Source: Nitrospinales bacterium (lineage in GTDB: Bacteria > Nitrospinota > Nitrospinia > Nitrospinales > VA-1). From it: a stretch of 64,000 nucleotides of DNA. Each line of letters starts with the position of its first letter. Within the stretch, counting starts at the first letter, position 1. The notes beneath the pieces are model-generated. The model did not search any database. It saw only the letters and a list, made by a program, of their open reading frames with translations, and was not told where the DNA came from. The stretch spans positions 1,856,001 to 1,920,000 of the forward strand of contig OZ253496.1 of NCBI GenBank assembly GCA_965262115.1. The letters run 5' to 3'. Positions 41,501 to 50,174 of this stretch are shown here, piece after piece. Both the position numbers and the translations under genes were made by a program.

Positions 41501-43312
41501 TTAGACCATGCCGATGGCGGTGTGTTGCATTTGCTGGCGTTGTTCTTCGGTGACTTCTAACTGAGGAAGGTGGTTGGACCCGTATTTATCGATATACAGG
41601 AAGATGTATTCACGGACACAGGTTCTTAGATCCCATTTCGTGTTGTGCTTGCGCTCGAACTCATCGAACACATTCAGCGCATCTTGAATGCTGAGTCCAT
41701 CTTTGGTGGTGAAGTAGTAGTCGAGTGCCAGATCCCATTCTGGATTTTTGTAAAAAGTGATACCGTATTTTTCCGGCTCAAACGCGACAGGACTGTATTT
41801 ACCCAGCACGAAGGTCATGAATCCGAGTGAGTGGATGTGGGCCGAGTTTTTCTCGACGAAGGCTTTACTGTCGTCGGCTTCTTTTTCGGTTTCACCGGGA
41901 AAACCGAAGAATCCCATCAAATGATTCCAGATTCCCGCTTCGGACGACATACGGAGATTAGTTTCGATGGCATCGAGCTTGGTCGCTTTATCCATGAGTT
42001 TAAGGACTCGTTGATTGCCCGACTCGTAACCGAAATGCAGATATTTGCAACCCGATTCGGCGACATCCTGCCAGACTTGTTCATCCAATAGGGATTCTTC
42101 AAAGCGCATATGCGTGGTCCAGGCAATATCGAGTTTATCGTCGATCAAGCGGCGCGAAAGTTTCTGGAACAGTGCCGGGGGATAGGACTCATCGGTGAAA
42201 TGGAAAAACCGGGTGCCGTATTTTTCTTTGAGGTGCTTGATTTCATCGGTGATCTGGTCGACCTGCTTGGTGCGGAACCCTTCAACGTAACCTTGAAAAT
42301 GGTCGCAGAAAGTGCAACGCCCCCAATAACACCCCCTTGTCGCGAGGTAGGGCAGGATGAGATGCGGCACGAAATATTTTCCCAGCGGTAAACCATCAAA
42401 GTCCGGGGGCGGCAACTCGGCCAAGTTTTCGGCACAGACTTCTTTGTTCGTGTGAATGCCACTATCGTCTTTGTAGATCAGGTTGGGGAGCTGGGAAAAA
42501 TCGCCGCTCTCTTTCACCGTTTCGGTCAGTTTCAGATAAGCCGACTCGCCTTCATAAACCACCGCCGTGTCGAACCATTCCCATAGCCCTTGCATTTCCG
42601 GCAGGGTGTCGCGGATGCGGGTGATGATGTTTCCGCCCAGGGTGATATGCGTTCCGGGAAACTCTTCCTTGATCATTTTACAGAAGGTGAAGGTGGCGAT
42701 GAGTTGTTTCTGTTGCACCACTGAGATGCCGACCATTGCCGGACGCTCGCGTTCCATCACCGGACGGACCAGCATGCGATAAACGTCACGGTAAATATTG
42801 ATCTGGTCGTCATCAATCGCTTCCAGAATTTCTGAGGACATGAACGGTTTGTAAACGATGTCGGTCTCGATGGGTGGAAAACAGATTTGCGCCGGATAAT
42901 AACCGAGCGAAACCACTGCCATAACCTGATGCAGGCAATTCGTCGCCCACTCCAACTGGTCGATATCGTAAAACGCTTTGCCGCGCAGGATTCCCTTGGC
43001 CCTTTCGACATCCGTGGAAAATTGTTGAAACAGTTCCGGGGTGCAGGTGATGAGCTTTTGCATCAACTCCTTTTCTTCCTCATCGAGCCTGCCTTCTTTT
43101 TCCTTGTCCTGAAGATAGCTGAGCTCGCTGGCAATGCGTTGCGCGACATGTTCCAAAAACCGGGAACTGAAAAACAGATCATACATCTCGACGTTGACAT
43201 CCAGCTGCGAAACGTCGTGACCCGCCGGGCGCAGAACTGAAGCCAGTGACGGCAGACTCAGGTAGGGCTCGGAAGGTAACCAGTCAGGGGGAAATATGAG
43301 TAATGTTTTCAT
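41501..43312 (-). CDS. B12-binding radical SAM protein
   Basis: Cobalamin-binding domain (VGIS....Q...ITLGG, EGE), RGCYWGRCTFC, FFGFPGET. Confidence 0.9.
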   Translation of the reverse strand: MKTLLIFPPDWLPSEPYLSLPSLASVLRPAGHDVSQLDVNVEMYDLFFSSRFLEHVAQRIASELSYLQDKEKEGRLDEEEKELMQKLITCTPELFQQFSTDVERAKGILRGKAFYDIDQLEWATNCLHQVMAVVSLGYYPAQICFPPIETDIVYKPFMSSEILEAIDDDQINIYRDVYRMLVRPVMERERPAMVGISVVQQKQLIATFTFCKMIKEEFPGTHITLGGNIITRIRDTLPEMQGLWEWFDTAVVYEGESAYLKLTETVKESGDFSQLPNLIYKDDSGIHTNKEVCAENLAELPPPDFDGLPLGKYFVPHLILPYLATRGCYWGRCTFCDHFQGYVEGFRTKQVDQITDEIKHLKEKYGTRFFHFTDESYPPALFQKLSRRLIDDKLDIAWTTHMRFEESLLDEQVWQDVAESGCKYLHFGYESGNQRVLKLMDKATKLDAIETNLRMSSEAGIWNHLMGFFGFPGETEKEADDSKAFVEKNSAHIHSLGFMTFVLGKYSPVAFEPEKYGITFYKNPEWDLALDYYFTTKDGLSIQDALNVFDEFERKHNTKWDLRTCVREYIFLYIDKYGSNHLPQLEVTEEQRQQMQHTAIGMV

Positions 43313-43392
43313 TTTTTAAGCGCTGTCTTGATTCATTCAAAACTTTTCTTAAAGGCAATTCGCTGTCCCTTATTGAAACCCTTGGGTAACCC

Positions 43393-43511
43393 GTCATTGC
43401 GAGGAGGCATTGACGACGTAGCCATGATATCCCTTCATTAGCTCTCGTGCCCCGCAGGGGTAAATCCATAAAAGCTGGATCGCCACGCTCCCTACGGTCA
43501 CTCGCGATGAC
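43393..43511. repeat. GTCATTGCGAG...CTCGCGATGAC palindromic element containing a micro-element (43423-43462)
   Basis: Inverted ends. Removing catgatatcc...gccccgcaggggta restores gacgtagc|aatcc. Confidence 0.82.
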
Positions 43512-43521
43512 GAACAAGTCT

Positions 43522-45324
43522 TCAGGCCCGACAAAGGACCTTCTCCTCTTCTTCCGCCGGCGGTTGTTTACCGCTCAGCGACTCTTTGCCAAACTTGTCG
43601 AGATACAGCAGAAAATGTTCGCGCGGCAAAGTTCCCCACAATTGCAGGGACTTGAACAACTCTTCCGCCATGCTGATGCATTCGCTGTTCATTTCCCCGG
43701 CCTCTTCGCGGGACATCCCCTCTTTAGCGACAAAATCCAGGTTCATAGCAATGTTTCTATCCGGGTCTTCGATAATGCGTTCGATGGAAAACTTTTCCGG
43801 ATACTGGTAGCAACTTGAATCCCGGTTCAGCAGGAACACTCCGGGCCCGAATGAATGAATGGAATCGATGTTGTCGCGCAGAAAGTCGATAGTCTCCTGA
43901 GCCTCGGGCCGGGTTTCGGTGGGGAACCCGAAAAATAAAAACGAATGGTTCCAGATACCCGCCTTATGGCTCTTCATCAAAACGTCCTGTTCCACTTCCC
44001 TGGTGGTTCCTTTATCGATGAGCGCCAGCACCCGGTCGTTGGCGCTTTCCAATCCGAACATCAGGAAAATGAATCCTGCCTTTTTCATTTTGGTGAATAA
44101 TTGTTCGTCCATGACCTTTTCAAACTTCAGCAATGCCAGGGAGCGGATTTCCACCCCGCGTTCGATCATCAATTCCGAAACATCGTTGAGGGCGTGCGGC
44201 GAAACCGCTTCATCGGAAAAAGTGAAATATTTCGTGTTGTATTTTTTCATCAACGCTTCCAGTTCATCGACCATGGCGTGGGTTTTCTGTTTGCCGTAGC
44301 GGTGTCCATAAACAAAACTATGTGTGCAGAAGGTGCACTTGCCCCAGTAACAACCCCGGCTCTGTAAAACAGGGATGATCGGGTATGGCGACAAGTAGCT
44401 ATGCATCGGCAAGCCGTCAAAGGTCGGGCCGGGAATATCTTCGAACCTCAGTTCCACACGTTCCTTGTTCTGCACCACTTCCCGTCCATCCAGATGTATC
44501 AGGTTGGGCACGGTCGATAACGCATCCCCGGCCTTGAGCGCGGTGAGCAATCTATGCAAGGGTTCTTCGCCTTCGAAGGTCACGATACTATGGCAAAAAT
44601 CATCAAAAAATTCCGGATGACCGATCAACTGCCCGGCGTTGACGCTGAATATCGGACCGCCTAGAGTGATATGAAGATGCGGAAATTTTTCCTTGAGTAA
44701 CCTGGCTAGAGTTAGCCCGGGAATGATCTGCGAGATGCCGACAATAGAGATGCCGACCACGTCATAGTCTGACCAGTTTTCACCGGGAATCAAAATGCTC
44801 TCATATAAATGAATGAAGGGGTTAGTCTCTTTGTCGCGGCTGGCTTCATGCGCTCTATGGGTAGACTCTTCAGCGCGAGTGCCGCTTTCAAAAGTCGACA
44901 GACTGAAAACCGCCGGTGCGTGCGCGTCGGAAACCAGTTTTAGAGCGGATTTGATCACCATATCCGCCTGCTGATACGAGGGAAAATCGAAAAACCGTTC
45001 CGGAGTTCTGAGAACTGACTTTGCCTCCTCGACGCCGGCAATGATGCGGTCGGAAAATTTTAACCCCGTCGCCAAAACATCGAGATGAGATTTTTCCTTG
45101 ATTAATAGAGAGCCCTGGTTTTTGAGCGATTCCAAACGCTGAGCCATCAGGTTTTCAGCATTTTGCAAAAGGGGCGCCGACAAAAAATGCTCGTAGGACG
45201 CTATATTAAAATCTCTTTGCTCCACCTCCCAACCTTTGGCGCGTAAATAGGCCGTAAGATAGGGCGTGCTTAAATACGGCTGCGTGGGGTACCACTGTGC
45301 CGGAAAAATCAACAAGGTTTTCAT
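43522..45324 (-). CDS. B12-binding radical SAM protein (paralog of 41501-43312)
   Basis: Shared MKTLLIFP..W.P..PYLS start; RGCYWGKCTFC; FFGFPTET. Confidence 0.9.
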   Translation of the reverse strand: MKTLLIFPAQWYPTQPYLSTPYLTAYLRAKGWEVEQRDFNIASYEHFLSAPLLQNAENLMAQRLESLKNQGSLLIKEKSHLDVLATGLKFSDRIIAGVEEAKSVLRTPERFFDFPSYQQADMVIKSALKLVSDAHAPAVFSLSTFESGTRAEESTHRAHEASRDKETNPFIHLYESILIPGENWSDYDVVGISIVGISQIIPGLTLARLLKEKFPHLHITLGGPIFSVNAGQLIGHPEFFDDFCHSIVTFEGEEPLHRLLTALKAGDALSTVPNLIHLDGREVVQNKERVELRFEDIPGPTFDGLPMHSYLSPYPIIPVLQSRGCYWGKCTFCTHSFVYGHRYGKQKTHAMVDELEALMKKYNTKYFTFSDEAVSPHALNDVSELMIERGVEIRSLALLKFEKVMDEQLFTKMKKAGFIFLMFGLESANDRVLALIDKGTTREVEQDVLMKSHKAGIWNHSFLFFGFPTETRPEAQETIDFLRDNIDSIHSFGPGVFLLNRDSSCYQYPEKFSIERIIEDPDRNIAMNLDFVAKEGMSREEAGEMNSECISMAEELFKSLQLWGTLPREHFLLYLDKFGKESLSGKQPPAEEEEKVLCRA

Positions 45325-45374
45325 GATGGGTTAATGATAGCATTTTTACTATCTCAAGCCCAACAAGATAATAT

Positions 45375-45402
45375 TTGACATCAATTTCCTGCAAAGTATA
45401 AT
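45375..45402 (+). promoter_or_regulatory. consensus sigma70 promoter upstream of the NHL-repeat gene
   Basis: TTGACA-16 nt-TATAAT. Confidence 0.65.
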
Positions 45403-45598
45403 TGCCTGTTTATACGATACATAAAGCTTTCTGCCCCGCCGACACAGTAATCTGGCAGGGTGAAGCCATCCTGAAACCGGGTTTTCCCCCCATAGCAAAA
45501 AGGGCATAAATTCTAATTCCCCCCACATTGTTTTTTCTGGTTTTTCTCCTGGGGAATGGGGTTTTCCTGGCGTTTTTCGTCCATAAAGAGGTTTGAAT

Positions 45599-47767
45599 AT
45601 GAAAAATCTTAAAGTTTTGATCGCACTGAATATTTTGCTGTGGGTGGCACTGTCTGCCATCCCTGTGTTGGCAAAAACGGTCAAAGCCACTGAAACTGAA
45701 ATTTCACTGGTCGATGGACTTGCCGTCGATAAAAAAGGCAATATTTTTATTGCCATGCGCGATCACAACATCATAAACCGTGTGGACACCCAAGGGAATA
45801 TGACCCCATTTGCCGGTACCGGCGAGTCGGGGTTCAGCGGAGACGGTGGCAAAGCCACTGACGCAAAGCTGAAAATACCGGCCGGCCTGACCTTCGATAA
45901 AAAAGGCAACCTCTATATCGCCGACCGGGACAACCACCGGATTCGAAAAGTGGACACACGCGGCACCATCACCACGGTCGCAGGTAATGGCACCGCAGGG
46001 TTCAGCGGGGACGGCGGAAAAGCCACCGAGGCCATGCTCAACCTGCCTTCTGGAATCGCTATCGATGATAAGGGGAATATTTATATTTCCGACCGCTCCA
46101 ACGACCGCATCCGCGTCGTCAACAGTAAAGGAATCATCACCACGATCGCAGGCAATGGCATGGACGGATATAAAGGCGATTTAGGCCCGGCCACCCAGGC
46201 GCAACTGTCGAGACCCTTCGGGTTGGCCCTGGACAAAAAAGGCAATCTCTATATCGCCGATCGCGGAAACAATCGGGTCCGAAAAGTCAATCCTCAGGGA
46301 ATCATCACGACTGTTGCCGGCGATGGCAGCTTCTTTTTCATGGGAGATAACGGACCCGCCTATCGTGCCAGCATCGCAGGACCCACCGGCGTGGTGGTGG
46401 ATGATAATGGCATCCTCTACATCGCCGACCGAAATAATAACCGGGTCCGCGCGGTCGACACCCATGGAATGATCCGCACCGTGGCAGGAACCGGACAACA
46501 GGATTACAACGGTGATTCTGAAGTAGCGCGTGATACCAATTTGTACCTGCCTTTTGGGGTTGCTCTCGATCCCGATGGCAACCTGCTGATTGCTGACCGG
46601 TCACATTACCGCATTCGTCGGGTAGACCCCCGTCGCGGCACTGTCATAACTGTTGCCGGGAATGGAGTGAAGATGTTTGCCGGAGATGGCGGCCCGGCTA
46701 CCGGGGCAAATTTGAGTTTTCCCCACGGTATCATCGTAGATAAAAATGACAACCTGCTCATTTCCGATAAGGGGAATTACCGCATTCGCCGGGTTTCACC
46801 GGACGGAATCATCCTGACCATTGCCGGAAACGGGATACGGGGAAACATCGGTGACGGACTGTCGGCCCTGAAAGCCTCCATCTATGGTGCAACATCCCTG
46901 AAGCTGAATAACAAGGGAGAAATGTTCATCGTCAGCCCCAGCGGATTTACCAGCATTATTCGTAAAATAGATGAAAAGAACATCATGCGCAAAGTTTTGG
47001 GAACGGTAGATAAGGACTATCTGGAATCCATTGCCAAGAGCAAATACAAAGGCAGGGTCCAAACCGGGGAACTGGCGGTCATCACCACTTTTTCAGATAT
47101 CGCCTTTGACCATAAAGGCAATATGTTTATTTCTGATCGACTCAACCACCAAATTCGAAAAGTGTCTGCCCAAGGCGAAATTACCACCATCGCCGGTACC
47201 GGAGAGTCGGCCTATTATGGCGACGGCGGCCCGGCGAGCGAAGCCGCCTTTCGCGACCCCAGCGCTCTGACTACCGACAAGCAGGGCAACTTGTATATCG
47301 CCGATGGCGCCAATAACATGATCCGTAAAATAGACACCAAAGGCATTGTCAGCACCATCGCCGGCAATGGCAATCACGAAAACTCGGGAGATGGTGGCCC
47401 GGCATTGGAAGCGGGAATTCGCAATATGGACTACCTGGCTATGAGTCCGGCTGGCGAACTGCATATTGTCGGAATGAACACCAATACCGTAAGAAAAATT
47501 ACCAAGGATGGAAAAATCGTGACGGTTGCAGGGAAAGACTATCAAGGCTATTTTGGCGACGGTGGCCCGGCCACCAAAGCCATGCTCAAAAGTCCTTCGG
47601 CAATCACTTTCGACTCAAAAGGCAATTTATATATTTCTGATATGGGAAATAACCGCATCCGTAAAGTGGACACTAACGGAACCATCTCCACTTTTGCAGG
47701 AACAGGAACCTTCGGCTGGGCTCAGGATGGAGAAACAGTAGAAATTTATCTACAAAACTTTCCCTAA
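45599..47767 (+). CDS. secreted NHL-repeat (beta-propeller) protein
   Basis: Signal peptide; about 12 repeats of D..GNLYIAD..N.RIRKV...G.ITT.AG.G..G..GDGG.A..A. Confidence 0.92.
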   Translation: MKNLKVLIALNILLWVALSAIPVLAKTVKATETEISLVDGLAVDKKGNIFIAMRDHNIINRVDTQGNMTPFAGTGESGFSGDGGKATDAKLKIPAGLTFDKKGNLYIADRDNHRIRKVDTRGTITTVAGNGTAGFSGDGGKATEAMLNLPSGIAIDDKGNIYISDRSNDRIRVVNSKGIITTIAGNGMDGYKGDLGPATQAQLSRPFGLALDKKGNLYIADRGNNRVRKVNPQGIITTVAGDGSFFFMGDNGPAYRASIAGPTGVVVDDNGILYIADRNNNRVRAVDTHGMIRTVAGTGQQDYNGDSEVARDTNLYLPFGVALDPDGNLLIADRSHYRIRRVDPRRGTVITVAGNGVKMFAGDGGPATGANLSFPHGIIVDKNDNLLISDKGNYRIRRVSPDGIILTIAGNGIRGNIGDGLSALKASIYGATSLKLNNKGEMFIVSPSGFTSIIRKIDEKNIMRKVLGTVDKDYLESIAKSKYKGRVQTGELAVITTFSDIAFDHKGNMFISDRLNHQIRKVSAQGEITTIAGTGESAYYGDGGPASEAAFRDPSALTTDKQGNLYIADGANNMIRKIDTKGIVSTIAGNGNHENSGDGGPALEAGIRNMDYLAMSPAGELHIVGMNTNTVRKITKDGKIVTVAGKDYQGYFGDGGPATKAMLKSPSAITFDSKGNLYISDMGNNRIRKVDTNGTISTFAGTGTFGWAQDGETVEIYLQNFP

Positions 47768-47794
47768 CCCCGCTAGGCGCGGGGCCGGTGTGTA

Positions 47795-47873
47795 CGTGGT
47801 ATTCTTCCTCAGCTTTTCCCTTGCAGGGCATAAAGGCAAGTGAAGAGGGCATCACATGTGCCTTGGAGGGGTA
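47795..47873. repeat. micro-element (plus) with an inverted copy nested at 47816-47856
   Basis: Outer halves join to cgtggtattcttcctcagctttgtgccttggaggggta; inner reverse complement is tgtgatgccctcttcacttgcctttatgccctgcaagggaa. Confidence 0.8.
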
Positions 47874-47984
47874 ATAACTTTCTCTGGCGAACAATGTTAG
47901 GTTCTCTTCCCTCCCTTCATATGGAGGGACTGAGGGAGGGTTGGCTTTATCTTTGCTGGTTTCAGTTTAGTGAAAATCAAACCC

Positions 47985-48051
47985 TGATCTTCCCCCGGTA
48001 TTGTGGACACACCGAAAAGAGTGGATAATATATTTTGGAGATTTTCAAATG
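47985..48051 (+). mobile_element. diverged IS3 left-end remnant fused to a host gene start
   Basis: tgatcttcccccggtattgtggacacaccgaaaagagtggataatatattttggag...atg aligns with 38891-38958. Confidence 0.8.
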
Positions 48052-48555
48052 CAAAAACGCAACTTCGTAGCAAGATTAATTTTCATGCTTTCCCTGGTAT
48101 TCAGCAGTCAGACTTTCGCGGCCGAAACTGATGGACTCGCCAATATTCTCAAGAAAATTGACGGGCTCACCTGCACCCAACCCGAAAAGCTTCCGCAGTT
48201 TTACGCTAAAAACCTGGTGATCATGGTGGATGATAAACGTGCCTTGCTGGAAAACAGGGTTAAGGACTATCGCCAAATGATGTCTGATTTCAGGGATATG
48301 AAATGCGAAACCCAGCGTCAGGTGCTCAGCGGAACAGTCGGCAAAGATGTCAGCTATGTTTTGGTCGATGAAATTATCAGCATCACCTCCAAATCAACCG
48401 ATACCGATGAGCGGCAACACAGCGTCTGCAGTTATATGTTTACCCGGGAAGGCTCACAATGGAAGATATCGCTTGAACATTGCTCCAGTCTGCCTGATTA
48501 CAGCATAAATCCCGGAGACGATGCCCTGTACTATTTCCACAACCCGGTTTACTGA
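48049..48555 (+). CDS. exported hypothetical protein, possible NTF2/SnoaL-like fold
   Basis: Signal peptide ending TFA; C-terminal ..REGSQWKI..EH.S. Confidence 0.65.
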   Translation: MQKRNFVARLIFMLSLVFSSQTFAAETDGLANILKKIDGLTCTQPEKLPQFYAKNLVIMVDDKRALLENRVKDYRQMMSDFRDMKCETQRQVLSGTVGKDVSYVLVDEIISITSKSTDTDERQHSVCSYMFTREGSQWKISLEHCSSLPDYSINPGDDALYYFHNPVY

Positions 48556-48600
48556 TTCGCAATCAGTAGGTCGGCGGTTCAGTTCCGCCAGCTGGCTCCA
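48551..48600 (+). pseudogene. 3' two-thirds of a tRNA gene (Thr-like), probable att remnant
   Basis: Anticodon arm actga-ttcgcaa-tcagt, variable loop aggtc, T arm ggcgg-ttcagtt-ccgcc, acceptor strand agctggc-t-cca. No D arm or 5' acceptor strand. Confidence 0.75.
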
Positions 48601-48712
48601 GTATTTCAAGGTGTTGTGAGTTTTCTCATAACACCTTTTTCTATATGTAGACAGGATAACTTGGTGATTTCGTATTGTCATGCAATAAAAAAGAAGAGTA
48701 TAAATTTATGAA

Positions 48713-49372
48713 CTATTTAAAGACCGCCGCAAATACTTCTTTTCCGGGCTGAGCTTTTATAATGGTTGGGCTATTTGATCTCTTTAACACTATGGTGCCT
48801 ACCCTCATCAAAATATCCTTTTTTTCCTCTATGATATTGAACCTAAATAATGCTTTTCTTTGAATGCCGAATACCCAAAACCCTAGTTCTTCAAGTTCTT
48901 TAATTTTTTCATTGAGAGAATAAGAAATTTCTATTTTGTGTTTGGGTTCAATATCATCCCAAATTTCCCCAAAATCAGATATCTCCTGTAGAAAATCTCC
49001 AATGAGCTTTGCTTTTGTTTGGTCATTAATGTCATCATGGTCGCTTTGATACATGTCAGAGCCACTAATTATATTGATTATATCTTTCCCAGTGTGGAGC
49101 CTTGAGAGATGAAAAATATTTGGTGCACTAATCTTCTTTTCCTGGGGATCTTCCGTTGGTAGCAATTCTTCAACAGTGATTTCAAGAGCCGAAGCCAAGG
49201 CCTGCAATGTATCTAAGGCAGCGGCCCCCCCTCGCTCAATTCGTTGAACGGTCCTTTCACTTATTCCTGAGATATCGGCTAATTGCTTCTGCGGCCAGCC
49301 ACGCTTTGTGCGTAATTCTTTAATCAATTTTGCTCGCGAAATCGATTTTTTCTCATTCATAGTTGCTTCCAT
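48713..49372 (-). CDS. XRE-family HTH transcriptional regulator
   Basis: IKELR..RGWPQKQLA..SGISERTVQRIE.G plus an unknown C-terminal domain. Confidence 0.85.
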   Translation of the reverse strand: MEATMNEKKSISRAKLIKELRTKRGWPQKQLADISGISERTVQRIERGGAAALDTLQALASALEITVEELLPTEDPQEKKISAPNIFHLSRLHTGKDIINIISGSDMYQSDHDDINDQTKAKLIGDFLQEISDFGEIWDDIEPKHKIEISYSLNEKIKELEELGFWVFGIQRKALFRFNIIEEKKDILMRVGTIVLKRSNSPTIIKAQPGKEVFAAVFK

Positions 49373-49501
49373 GATTAAAAGCCTCCAAACAGTTTAAGGT
49401 TTAATTTTTTCTTAAAAGAAAAAGATAATCCATTTCAAAACTATTTGGAACGACAGGAACCAGACAGTTGAACGACATTCAAAAGTCCGAGAAAAGAAGA
49501 T

Positions 49502-49963
49502 TTAATAAAAATAATTCCAAGAAACTTCTATGTTTTTGCTATTCAATTGCGTCTCAGGAAAAGAAGTCCCAGATTGATTATTACAAATGGGAAATGACCC
49601 ATGGTTTTCTAGAAAATCCGTGAGGAAAAAACTTTCCAACTCAAAAATATTATCCGTCCCCAAGTTTCTTAATAGCTGAAATATGTGTATGGTAAATAAA
49701 GTGGTATATTTGGAGGCATAATTGGAGATAGCTTTATTACCAGACTGACCAGTTAAATGACCTCTGAGCCTACTTCCGATACTATTTTGTTTTGATTCGC
49801 TCATTCCAATATAAATCAACCTAGAAGCCTTAAACGGATAAGGAATTTGGCAATCTTCAAGGTAAATAAAATACAGACCAATGGCACCCTGAACAAACCG
49901 AACTGACTGCTCATTAAGTCTGAATTTTTCTAAAAAGCTTATTGATAACGGATTATTTAACAT
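49502..49963 (-). CDS. GIY-YIG-like nuclease
   Basis: GLY...IYIGMS...RL..H...LE..F.......P.CN. Confidence 0.65.
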   Translation of the reverse strand: MLNNPLSISFLEKFRLNEQSVRFVQGAIGLYFIYLEDCQIPYPFKASRLIYIGMSESKQNSIGSRLRGHLTGQSGNKAISNYASKYTTLFTIHIFQLLRNLGTDNIFELESFFLTDFLENHGSFPICNNQSGTSFPETQLNSKNIEVSWNYFY

Positions 49964-49982
49964 TTTCTAGAAAGATAAAAGT

Positions 49983-50174
49983 ATGGACCAAAATGATATC
50001 AAAACAGGGCAGGAAGTTGTAGATGAGTTTGTAAAATCAATTGGCCAAGAGAAGAAAGTTGATAAAGAAACCTTGGAATCCATTAAGGACCTGCACTTAA
50101 ATAATAAGCTTACAAAGACCAATCTTTTGGAAATATTGAGAAAGAAACGTGAGGAGAAACAATGCTTAGATTAA
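49983..50174 (+). CDS. small hypothetical protein (63 aa) overlapping the ATPase start
   Basis: Charged, helical-looking ORF; contains the GAGGAG RBS of the next gene. Confidence 0.55.
   Translation: MDQNDIKTGQEVVDEFVKSIGQEKKVDKETLESIKDLHLNNKLTKTNLLEILRKKREEKQCLD

Noticed and set aside
45599..47767. DNA-level repeat array or DGR-like template
   Set aside because: The periodicity is fully explained by NHL protein repeats; no reverse transcriptase is in the window.
48551..48600. Functional tRNA-Ala(CGC)
   Set aside because: No D arm or 5' acceptor strand; the upstream sequence is protein coding.
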